Assembly (NCBI GenBank): GCA_965222115.1 | Contig: CBDCTJ010000007.1 | Location: 992,001 to 1,056,000 of the forward strand | Direction of reading: 5' to 3' | DNA length: 64,000 bases | From: Planctomycetota bacterium | GTDB taxonomy: Bacteria; Planctomycetota; PLA2; JAEUHO01 | Shown here: one piece after another, positions 37,847 through 46,736 of the stretch | Layout: every line of letters begins with the position of its first letter | How positions within the stretch are numbered: position 1 is the first letter of the stretch | Made by a program: the position numbers and the translations under genes | The notes under the pieces: generated by a model | Database searches by the model: none | What the model saw: the letters and a program-made list of their open reading frames with translations, nothing else | What the model was told of the DNA's origin: nothing

Positions 37847-39748
37847 GTGAACGCATCGACGCGCATCAGTCTCGCCCTTCTCGCACTCGGTTTCCTCAGC
37901 ATTGTGGCGGGGCATGCGACGGCCAAAGATCCCGCACCGCCCACATGGACCTTGCCCACTGTCCGGGGCATCACGATCGACGGCAACGCGAACGAAAAGG
38001 GTTGGTCTGCGTCGGGTCTACGCATCTCGATGCCCACCGTTACTTCTTCGGCGCGGCCTGATACGGACGGGGTGCCTACGGTAGAACCGGAAGTTCGCCT
38101 TGCTACGCAAGACGGCGAGTTGCTTGTGTCGGCCATCGTCTCGGAGCCCCCGGGCACCGGAATGGGGGCGCTACTAATGGTTGCGTCAGATGACGCAAAG
38201 ACGGCAGCCGAAGCCACGTCCATCGTCTTTCGTCCGTTTGACATTCGTCATCCCACGTACACGGTGCGTTCCGCGCGCGCCATCGGCCGTGGTGCCGTCC
38301 GTGTTCGCGGCGCAACCGATCTATCAATGCGGGATCGATGGTCGCTTGAACTGTCCGTTCCGTTAGAAGACCTTGCGCGTTCCACGGTGCCGAAGAAGGC
38401 ATCCGGCGAGGAGTCCAACAAGGACAAAGGTTCGGCGATCCCAAGTACACTTCGCGTCGCGATTACGATCTCGTTGGCCACACCGAATGTGGCGAGCACT
38501 GCGCCGGACCGGGCGCGATGGCGTGGACCTGCCGCGTGGGCAATTGTGGAAGCGCCCGCATCGGGATGGCAGGCAGTATCCGCGGTCAAGGGCGAGGCGC
38601 TTCTCGAACAGGATGCCAAGGAAGACGGTTGGCGCGCGCCATGGAATGCCTACCAACTTGGCGGGACGGAGGGTCCACCCCGAGCATCCCACCGTCAGGC
38701 CATGTTGGATGCACTCGAAGAGCGTGTCGCACGGCCCTTGGACCGCGTCACCGAGTTTCGACCTGCACTTTTGCCCGTCACCGAATCGCTGCGCGGTGAC
38801 TTTCTGGAAAAAGTAGGCGAGTTTGAGCGTGCAAAGAAAGCCTATGACAAAGCGCTCGCTGTCGCGCCCGGTTGGCGCATGGCGCGCTTCGGTCGTGACG
38901 TTCGGTTGCTCGCACGTTCCCTCATCGAGGGCAGGGTCGGTGGACCCACGAGCTACACGTTGGCGTTTGAACGCATTGCGGAAACACGCAAGCGAGCCAG
39001 CGACGATCCGTGGGTGCAGAGCGGTTGCGATTTGGCCGAGGGTATTTTGCGTTCGCGGTTGGGCGACATGAAGCGAGCCGAAGAACTTCTCTCGCCGCAG
39101 CTTGCATGGTTCGGTCACGATGAGCTTGTCGTGCGTAACGCTCGGATTGCGACCGAAAAACGCACGCGCGAGCGGCTCATGAGTGAACGCGGACGCCAGC
39201 ACATGGATGCCGACAAGGAGTTTTCCCGTGTTCAAATCAACACGTCGCGCGGCAAGATTGTTGTGGAGCTCTACGAACGCGAGGCGCCCAACACAGTAAA
39301 GCACTTTCTGTGGCTCGTCGGCGCCCAGTTCTACGACGGCACCAAGGTGCATCACACGGTGCCCTTCTTCTACGCGCACCTCGGTGATCCCTTGACCCGA
39401 GACGCAAAGGATGCGTCCGCCATCGAAGACAATCCACGGATCGGAACCGGTCGTGCGAACTACACGATTCCTGATGAAAACTCGAGACGGCTTCCTTTGC
39501 GCGGGACGCTCATGCTCACGCGCGACGGACCGGGCACCGGCAGTAGCCGGTTCTTCGTTTTGACCGGCGCGGCCTTTCATCTAAGCCAGCAAATGACCGC
39601 GTTCGGGCGCGTCGTGGAAGGCATGGACGTCGTGGATCGGTTGGAGCGAGGCGACACCATCGAGTCGGTGGTCGTGCTGCGTCCGTCCAAGGCGCTTACA
39701 GGTCCTCCAAAGACAACCTCCGGTTCGCCGGCGCCCAATCCGAAGTAA
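37847..39748 (+). CDS. Secreted multidomain protein with TPR region and C-terminal cyclophilin-like domain
   Basis: Signal peptide; TSRGKIVVELY...APNTV..F...FYDG; GSSRFFV; AFGRVVEGMDVV. Confidence 0.85.
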   Translation: MNASTRISLALLALGFLSIVAGHATAKDPAPPTWTLPTVRGITIDGNANEKGWSASGLRISMPTVTSSARPDTDGVPTVEPEVRLATQDGELLVSAIVSEPPGTGMGALLMVASDDAKTAAEATSIVFRPFDIRHPTYTVRSARAIGRGAVRVRGATDLSMRDRWSLELSVPLEDLARSTVPKKASGEESNKDKGSAIPSTLRVAITISLATPNVASTAPDRARWRGPAAWAIVEAPASGWQAVSAVKGEALLEQDAKEDGWRAPWNAYQLGGTEGPPRASHRQAMLDALEERVARPLDRVTEFRPALLPVTESLRGDFLEKVGEFERAKKAYDKALAVAPGWRMARFGRDVRLLARSLIEGRVGGPTSYTLAFERIAETRKRASDDPWVQSGCDLAEGILRSRLGDMKRAEELLSPQLAWFGHDELVVRNARIATEKRTRERLMSERGRQHMDADKEFSRVQINTSRGKIVVELYEREAPNTVKHFLWLVGAQFYDGTKVHHTVPFFYAHLGDPLTRDAKDASAIEDNPRIGTGRANYTIPDENSRRLPLRGTLMLTRDGPGTGSSRFFVLTGAAFHLSQQMTAFGRVVEGMDVVDRLERGDTIESVVVLRPSKALTGPPKTTSGSPAPNPK

Positions 39749-39768
39749 CACGTTCCGAAGTAACACGT
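39739..39768. repeat. 2 x 15-bp tandem duplication across a stop codon
   Basis: (TCCGAAGTAACACGT)x2. Confidence 0.9.
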
Positions 39769-39787
39769 TGGCCCCGGGCTACGCATC

Positions 39788-41662
39788 ATGAGTTTTCCAA
39801 TCCGCGACGCGCGACGGCTTTACGGCATCGATTCATGGGGCAACGGCTACTTTGGTGTCAATGCCAAGGGGCGTCTCACCGTCCATCCCATGCGCGCAAC
39901 GCATCGCGTTGATTTGTTGGAATTGATGAACTCGCTCAAGCGAAAGAAGCTCCGCTTTCCCGTGCTGCTTCGCTTTCCGCAGATTCTGGAAGACCGGGTC
40001 AAGCAGATCGCAGACGCATTTTCGGCGGCGTCCGTGGAGTTTGAGTACGACGCGGGCTATCAGGGCGTGTTTCCAATCAAAGTCAACCAACACGGAGACG
40101 TCGTGGATGCGTTGGCCCGAGCAGGCAAGAACCACAAGCTTGGGCTTGAGGCCGGCAGCAAGGCGGAGCTTCTGATCGCGCTCACGCATGATCTCGCACC
40201 TGATGCGCTCATCGTGTGCAACGGCTACAAAGATGCCGACTACATCGAGTTGGCCCTGCGCGCGCAGGCGCTTGGGCGACGAATTGTTTTGATCATTGAA
40301 AAGCCGCAGGAATTGCCGCGCATCTTGCGGGTGGCCAAGAAACTCAAGGTCACGCCCACGCTTGGCATTCGCGTGCGACTTCACGCCAAGTCGTCGGGCA
40401 AGTGGGAAGGGTCCAGCGGGAGTGCCGCCAAGTTTGGGCTCACCACCAGTGAGTTGTTGGATGCCGTACACGCACTCAAGGAAGCCAAACTACTTGATGT
40501 ATTCGAGATGCTCCACTTTCATGTGGGCAGTCAGATTACCGAAATCCGACGCATCAAAAAGGCCGTGCGTGAGGGTGCGCGGGTCTACGCCAAGCTGCGC
40601 GCCGAAGGCTGTCCGTTGCGTTACCTCGATGTGGGCGGTGGGTTGGGCGTGGACTACGACGGAAGCAACTCGTCCTACGAAGCTAGCATTAACTACACCA
40701 TTCCCGAGTACGCCAACGGCGTTGTGTATGCGGTCAAAGAAATCTGCGACGCCGAAGAGGTGCCGGTGCCCATTCTCGTGTCGGAATCGGGGCGTGCGCT
40801 TACGGCCTATCACGCGCTGTTGGTGACGGAAGCCCGCGGGCGCAATGTGTCGCAGCCGCCTCAAGACTTGGCGATTGGCTCAAACCCCCATGATGCCGTT
40901 CGCGAGCTGATTGAGATCTTTGATGGCATTACTCGTAAGAACCACCGCGAGTACTTCCACGACGCCGAAGAGATGCGTGATCAGGTGGAGCGGTTGTTTG
41001 ACCTAGGACTGTTGTCACTACGCGAACGCGCCTACTGCGAGCAGTTGATTCGCGAAATCGGATTAGCGGCGTTTGCCTATGCCAAGAGTGAGCGCGTATT
41101 GCCGGAAGAGTTTCAGCGCGTCAAGCGACGCCTTGTTGCCAAATACATCCTGAACTTCAGCGTGTTTCAGTCGGCTCCCGACAGTTGGGCGCTCGATCAG
41201 CTCTTTCCGATTCTCCCCATTCATCGCCTCAATGAACGACCCACCGTGGCCGCGACGCTTTGCGACGTGACGTGTGATAGCGACGGCGAGATCGATCGCT
41301 TCGTCGACGTGCGCGATGTGAGCGAGAGCCTGCCCTTGCATCCGCTCAAACCCGATGAACCGTACTACCTCGCGATCTGTTTGCTTGGTGCCTACCAAGA
41401 CGTGCTCGGTGACTACCACAACCTCTTTGGGCGCGTAGACGAGGCGCAGATCAAGGTCAACAAGAACGGTGCGACGCGCGTCACGAAAACCATCACGGGC
41501 GATCGCAACCGCGACGTGTTGGCGCTATTTGGTCACGACCCCGATGACATGCTTGAGCGCATTGCAGAGCGTGCAGTCGAGCTACCGAAAGACGAAGCGA
41601 AGAAGCTTGTTGATCACGCGGCGCATGTGTTGGGGCAGTACACGTATTTGGGGCGGGACTAA
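39788..41662 (+). CDS. speA: Biosynthetic arginine decarboxylase
   Basis: WGNGYF, PIKVNQ, GLEAGSK, CNGYKD, HFHVGSQI, GGGLGVDYDG, ESGRA, DVTCDSDG, GAYQ. Confidence 0.97.
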   Translation: MSFPIRDARRLYGIDSWGNGYFGVNAKGRLTVHPMRATHRVDLLELMNSLKRKKLRFPVLLRFPQILEDRVKQIADAFSAASVEFEYDAGYQGVFPIKVNQHGDVVDALARAGKNHKLGLEAGSKAELLIALTHDLAPDALIVCNGYKDADYIELALRAQALGRRIVLIIEKPQELPRILRVAKKLKVTPTLGIRVRLHAKSSGKWEGSSGSAAKFGLTTSELLDAVHALKEAKLLDVFEMLHFHVGSQITEIRRIKKAVREGARVYAKLRAEGCPLRYLDVGGGLGVDYDGSNSSYEASINYTIPEYANGVVYAVKEICDAEEVPVPILVSESGRALTAYHALLVTEARGRNVSQPPQDLAIGSNPHDAVRELIEIFDGITRKNHREYFHDAEEMRDQVERLFDLGLLSLRERAYCEQLIREIGLAAFAYAKSERVLPEEFQRVKRRLVAKYILNFSVFQSAPDSWALDQLFPILPIHRLNERPTVAATLCDVTCDSDGEIDRFVDVRDVSESLPLHPLKPDEPYYLAICLLGAYQDVLGDYHNLFGRVDEAQIKVNKNGATRVTKTITGDRNRDVLALFGHDPDDMLERIAERAVELPKDEAKKLVDHAAHVLGQYTYLGRD

Positions 41663-41754
41663 GGCAGCCATGCGGGCTTGATCAACTGCTTTGGTGAGCG
41701 TAGGCTCACAGCGATTCGACCGCATGAGTACCTTCTAGCGTCAGAGGATGAGGC

Positions 41755-43116
41755 ATGAATTCACGTGCAGCGTTGTTGTTGGGCCTACTGTTGACGAGCG
41801 TGTCGAGCGCAACTACGACCATGACGGCAGCAGCCAAGAAGGCAGACGGTACGACTGCCGCGGACTATGAACGGGCGATCGATGAAGCCCTGGACACCAA
41901 GAATGTTGAGCTGATCTTGGCATCGCTCGGTGAAGACGCCTTGAACATCCTCGCGAAGGACGCGAAGAGGGTCTTATCGATCACGAGTACCGTTCAGTAC
42001 CGAATGAAGATGATTGCTGAGCTGGCAGGGAAGGACAAGCAGGAGCAGGTAAGCAAGCTATGCGCGTGGATGGTCGCGCTGGCGACATCGGCGCGAACTC
42101 GAGCGCCTAAGGATGAACGCGTGCATGCAGCGATGGCGAATGCCGCTGATGCCACCATTCGCGCGGCGATTGTGTTTCGTGGGGAGCAAGAAGTCGAGGC
42201 CTACCGACGCGTTGCGAGGCATTGGCGCGACGCGGTGCGACGAGGTGGCCGTAAGTCAGCAGAGTACTTTCGAGAGTCAATCTATGCACTCCGCGATTCG
42301 ACCGTAGGGACGACGACGCCCGCGCTTGAACACTATGCCGCGCTGTACGCAACGCTTCTTGCTTCCCTAAAGCAGAACTCTTCGCGAGATCTCAAAATCG
42401 AAGCAGGTCAGGTGGCTGCCATCTACACCAGTCGACTTATTGAAAAGAAAAAGAAGGCAGACGCTCGCAAGATCGTGAAGGAAGCCCTGGCCACCATCGA
42501 GTCGATTCGAGATCGATCGTCCAACGACTACCCATGTGCATCGATGGTGTACAATGCACTGCTCATCAATGGGTATGCAGCTGGTCTAAAGAAGATCGGT
42601 GAGTTTCGATGCGAGAAGAAGAAGGGGCGTTGGAGTCGATTGTCATTTGATCTGCCCTTGGGTTGGCGACTCGCCTACGGCAGCGATTCCAACGGACAAG
42701 ATCTCAATACGATTACTGGTTATGGCGTGCGAGCGCTCACTCGGATCGAGTTTTACCGCTATCGCCGTCACATTGAATACACCCATTCGAATGGCTCCGG
42801 CGTAGGTGGAGACAACCCGACCGGGCTCGCGGATCGTGATCGAGAGGGATTGCGCGGCGGGCTCGGTAAGATCACGCGCGAGCGCAAGCGCGTCTCAGGT
42901 GTTTTGAACAAGACCGTCCGTAAGTCGGTGGGCTACGAGTTAGCGGGCGAGCGATCGGGGCGACCGCGATGGTATCGCTCGTGGTACTTCCGCGGTACAG
43001 TGAAGCGTGACACCTATCTGGTGGCGGTGAGTAAGTCCAATGGATTGGTTCGAATGGATGCAGCGTTGGAGCACGTTCTTGATTCGATTCGAGAAATGCC
43101 TCCCAAGAAAGAGTAG
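41755..43116 (+). CDS. Secreted orphan protein
   Basis: GAGG RBS, signal peptide, 453-aa ORF with no recognisable motif. Confidence 0.75.
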   Translation: MNSRAALLLGLLLTSVSSATTTMTAAAKKADGTTAADYERAIDEALDTKNVELILASLGEDALNILAKDAKRVLSITSTVQYRMKMIAELAGKDKQEQVSKLCAWMVALATSARTRAPKDERVHAAMANAADATIRAAIVFRGEQEVEAYRRVARHWRDAVRRGGRKSAEYFRESIYALRDSTVGTTTPALEHYAALYATLLASLKQNSSRDLKIEAGQVAAIYTSRLIEKKKKADARKIVKEALATIESIRDRSSNDYPCASMVYNALLINGYAAGLKKIGEFRCEKKKGRWSRLSFDLPLGWRLAYGSDSNGQDLNTITGYGVRALTRIEFYRYRRHIEYTHSNGSGVGGDNPTGLADRDREGLRGGLGKITRERKRVSGVLNKTVRKSVGYELAGERSGRPRWYRSWYFRGTVKRDTYLVAVSKSNGLVRMDAALEHVLDSIREMPPKKE

Positions 43117-43131
43117 ATAGACCCAGACTCC

Positions 43132-43704
43132 GGATCTCCGCGAAGCAACTAAGGAGCGAAGCGCAAGCGTGGGGGGCGTCGTTTGGCGGGAGCGTAAGGA
43201 ACGCGGTTGAAGAAGAACGCTCTCACTAAGGGTACGAAGGACACCAAGCGCAACCGTGAGATGAACGTATTTGGTCAAGTCAGTGAGCGCTGGTTGCAGG
43301 ACGGTGTTTAGAACGCGCAAGCGGCGCTGAGTGCGAACTGCGAATACGTGGAACGGCTCTCAATCGATTCGACCCGTGGTGGACGTCACAAGGAAGATCA
43401 TTGTCCTCGTCGTAAGCGCAACACAAGACTGTCAACGGCCTCGTAGGGGCCACGCATCACCCCGGGTCAAGTAGCCCCATAGTTACCGCCCTGACGGAGG
43501 GTGCGGAGTTGTGCGAAACTTCGTTGCGTCCGTTAAGAGTCATGCGCAACGCCCTTTCGTTCGCAATGAACAATACGCGATTCATGCGACCTGATCGCTG
43601 AACCACGCGAGCAAGTTCGCGCCACCGCTCCTGCATTTACGGCTCTTCCAATCGGCTGAGTCCAAAGTCACTAACTTGTTGGGGAAAAGCGAGGCACGGT
43701 ATCC
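43132..43704 (-). repeat. Long non-coding element, copy 2 (intron-free)
   Basis: Reverse complement aligns to 11195-11712 joined to 13637-13740; the empty intron site is between 43224 and 43223. Confidence 0.9.
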
Positions 43705-43748
43705 CGTATCCGAGTGTCTTCTCCGTCTAAAGGAAAAGACAACAGCGT

Positions 43749-44174
43749 TCACTTAAACTCATCGCGTCCCACCTCCGAACTGCCCTTCATGAATCGAAGA
43801 TGAACGACGTGACCCTCGACAAGTACTACGAGCCACTTGCTCGATCCCAGCCAGCGAAATTCAACTTTGTCATCGATTTTCTTGGCCCATGCTCTCTGCG
43901 ACTCCGTTCCAGTCGTCCTCCCTCGCAAGTCCCCGTCGAACCGATAAGCCAACGCTGACTCCGACAGCCCCACCAACTGATTCTGAATGCCAGGATCGAC
44001 TTGCATTATGCGATAGGCGTTGGATGGCGGAGACCCAAGAACACCCGCCTTCCACAGTACGTACTTGGGCTCCAGCGGGTGGTCGGTTCCACCGAACACT
44101 ATCCACCAGCCGCAGGCCACCAATAGGGAGACTATACCCACGGCCCGGACCCATCGCACGCGATTCGATCGCAT
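43749..44174 (-). CDS. Small membrane-anchored or secreted orphan protein
   Basis: GAGGTG-N6-ATG at 44174; N-terminal hydrophobic helix. Confidence 0.65.
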   Translation of the reverse strand: MRSNRVRWVRAVGIVSLLVACGWWIVFGGTDHPLEPKYVLWKAGVLGSPPSNAYRIMQVDPGIQNQLVGLSESALAYRFDGDLRGRTTGTESQRAWAKKIDDKVEFRWLGSSKWLVVLVEGHVVHLRFMKGSSEVGRDEFK

Positions 44175-44232
44175 CGGGAACACCTCGTACGGCCGATCCT
44201 ACAGCCCACGCCCAATTCCGCTAGTCATCGAT

Positions 44233-44263
44233 CCTTGTGTTCTTCGTGAGAGCATTCTTCTTC
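44233..44263 (+). repeat. Third copy of the junction (intron target) motif
   Basis: CCTTGTGTTCTTCGTG|AGAGCATTCTTCTTC compared with CCTTCGTACCCTTAGTG|AGAGCGTTCTTCTTC (copy 2). Confidence 0.7.
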
Positions 44264-44314
44264 CTAGACGCGCACCACAACCAATCACACACGCACTCAC
44301 CAAACAACGTTCCC

Positions 44315-44375
44315 CAACGCTTGCGACTCAGCGCCCCTGCAACTTGGCGTCTCTGCGTGAGGTGAGGTGCGTCCG
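44315..44375 (+). repeat. 61-bp cap repeat, copy B
   Basis: Matches 13794-13854, including the identical CTGCGTGAGGTGAGGT. Confidence 0.85.
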
Positions 44376-44393
44376 GCTTTAGGATCTAATCGC

Positions 44394-45650
44394 TCAAGCC
44401 TTCTTCTCTCCTCGCTTTGGAAGCGTGAGGATATGGCCCATCTTCTCGGCCTTTGTGCGCAAGTACTTTGCGTTGCCTTCGGTGGTGGGGGCTTCCAGGG
44501 CTTCTCGACGTTCAATGTCGAGCCCGTAGCCTTTGAGGGCACGGAACTTGACGGGATTGTTGGTCAATAGCGCCATGCGACGTACGCCGAGATCGTAGAG
44601 AATCTGCGCGCCCACGCCATAGTCGCGGTGGTCGGGTTTGAAGCCGAGTTTCACGTTGGCCTCGACTGTATCGAGCCCGTCGTCTTGTAGTGCGTAGGCT
44701 TTGATCTTGTTGATGAGACCAATGCCGCGCCCTTCTTGGCGCATGTAGAGAATGACGCCGCGGCCCACTTCGGCAATGCGCTGTTGGGCGAGCCTAAGTT
44801 GCGAGCCGCAATCGCAGCGATCGGAGTGAAAGAGGTCGCCCGTCAAGCACTCGCTGTGCGCGCGCACAAGCACCGTGTCATCAATTGGATCGCAGGGCGT
44901 ATCGACTGAGGGGAAGTCCATGCCCATCGTGAGTGCCAAGTGGGGCTCGGGGTCGGCTTTGGCGGTGTAGATGTGTACGCCAAACTCGCCATATTCGGTT
45001 GGTAGTTTGGCCGAGGCCTCAAGCGATATCAGCCGTTCCTTATGCCGACGCCACTCAATGACATCGCGCACCGTGCAAATTTTGAGGTCGTGTTCAGCGG
45101 CGAACGATTCAAGCTGCGGCATGCGCATCATGGTGCCGTCTTCGTTCATCAACTCGCTAATCACGCCAAGCGGTTGTAGTCCCGCGAGTCGGCAAAGATC
45201 CACCGATCCTTCGGTCTGCCCGCTGCGTCGAAGCACGCCTTCATGGGCGGCGCGAATGGGATAGACGTGGCCCGGACGCGCCAGGTCCGTGTGTTGGCAG
45301 TCGGGATTGGCAATCGTGCGAATGGTTGTAGCGCGATCGGCGGCACTCACGCCGGTCGTCACACCCTCTTTCGCTTCTACGCTCACGGTGAACTGTGTGC
45401 CAAAGCGACTCGAGTTGTTTTCGCCCCCGACTTGCAGAGGGAGCTTGAGCTCGTCCGCTTTTTCTTGAGGCATCGTCACGCAAATGATGCCGCTCGCGTG
45501 GCGCAGCATGAACGCCATGTCTTCCGCGCGCGTGAACTCGGCGGCCATGACGAGGTCGCCCTCGTTTTCACGATCGGGGTCGTCCACGAGAATGACCATG
45601 CGGCCGGCACGAAGATCGTCAAATACGTCAGGCAGTTGTGCAAAGCTCAT
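44394..45650 (-). CDS. ribBA: Bifunctional DHBP synthase/GTP cyclohydrolase II
   Basis: DDPDRENEGD, TTGVSAADR, RPGH, HSECLTGD, RCDCG, QEGRGIGL, LLTNNP. Confidence 0.97.
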   Translation of the reverse strand: MSFAQLPDVFDDLRAGRMVILVDDPDRENEGDLVMAAEFTRAEDMAFMLRHASGIICVTMPQEKADELKLPLQVGGENNSSRFGTQFTVSVEAKEGVTTGVSAADRATTIRTIANPDCQHTDLARPGHVYPIRAAHEGVLRRSGQTEGSVDLCRLAGLQPLGVISELMNEDGTMMRMPQLESFAAEHDLKICTVRDVIEWRRHKERLISLEASAKLPTEYGEFGVHIYTAKADPEPHLALTMGMDFPSVDTPCDPIDDTVLVRAHSECLTGDLFHSDRCDCGSQLRLAQQRIAEVGRGVILYMRQEGRGIGLINKIKAYALQDDGLDTVEANVKLGFKPDHRDYGVGAQILYDLGVRRMALLTNNPVKFRALKGYGLDIERREALEAPTTEGNAKYLRTKAEKMGHILTLPKRGEKKA

Positions 45651-45714
45651 GCGCGCAGCGTAACGCTGGAGGAGCGGCTCGCCTTCTATCGCGCGAGTTC
45701 GTCCGGGCTTGGGT

Positions 45715-46593
45715 CTACCCAACAACGTTGAACGTTGCGGAGCCGCGCGTGAAGTTGGGCGTGTCGGCGTTGAACGGTCCGGGAATGTCGGACCATTCGG
45801 GCTCTTCGCCGCCCTTGGTCTGTTCCTGAATCCACACGTCGATCTTGTGCGAGCCGGGCTTGAGGTCCTTCAACACGATGGGTCCCGGTGCGGTCAAGTA
45901 GGCCGTCTTGTCGCCCACCTTGTAGGCCACGCGGTGCTTTGTGCCCCACGTGAGTCCCGCGATTGCCGCGTGAATCGAAACGTTTCCATCGGCATTGGCT
46001 TTGACGTCGCCACTGGGTCCAACGACAAACACAGTCGGGCCGTTTTCGTTAAAAGCGCCTCGCGGAAACTCGGCACCTGGCGTCTTGCGGTCGTACTCAC
46101 CGCCTTCGGCGCCGAGGTGGAAGATGCGCACGGCGGTCGCTTCTGGGTTGGTATAGAGCTCGCCGCGCTTGCTGTTGTAGACGCACGCGCGCAAGACATG
46201 GGAGCCTGCCGGCCACGACTCGTCCCCAAGCGCCACCGATTGCGTGGGATCCTTGAGCGTTTTGAATTCACCCCCATCGAGGCTGTACCAAATCTCATCC
46301 CCTTCGCGAACCTCGGCGGTGCTGGTGTTGCGCAGATCAAAGAGCGCGCGCGGCATGCGGTAGCGCACGAGTCCCTGCGGCTGACCCTCGGCATCTTTTG
46401 CGCCGTCTGGATGGGGTACCACTTCCGTCAGTTTGATGACTTGACCCGGACCCGGCTGCACGATGGTGAGTTCGGGGCCCGGCCAACGGTTGTCGCCGCC
46501 GGGATCATTGCGATTGCCCGCCTCGCATCCAACGAGGAGGAAGGCAGCGGAAAGCACGAGGAGCGGGGTGAGCCGGTTTGCGCCCAGGCACAT
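45715..46593 (-). CDS. Hypothetical lipoprotein with Ig-like beta domains
   Basis: AAGGAG RBS; lipobox LVGC; two similar YSLDGG..GSHVL / YKVGD..GSHKI units. Confidence 0.75.
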   Translation of the reverse strand: MCLGANRLTPLLVLSAAFLLVGCEAGNRNDPGGDNRWPGPELTIVQPGPGQVIKLTEVVPHPDGAKDAEGQPQGLVRYRMPRALFDLRNTSTAEVREGDEIWYSLDGGEFKTLKDPTQSVALGDESWPAGSHVLRACVYNSKRGELYTNPEATAVRIFHLGAEGGEYDRKTPGAEFPRGAFNENGPTVFVVGPSGDVKANADGNVSIHAAIAGLTWGTKHRVAYKVGDKTAYLTAPGPIVLKDLKPGSHKIDVWIQEQTKGGEEPEWSDIPGPFNADTPNFTRGSATFNVVG

Positions 46594-46736
46594 GACGGTT
46601 CTCCTTGATCGGGGGCGCGGGAAGTATACGTCCCGACCCCGAGGGACCGCCATTCAGGTCTACCGTCACACCTATCTTGTGCCGTTTGCCGCAGGATTTA
46701 CAGTGGTCCGACCGGCCACACGTAGGAGACGGACTC

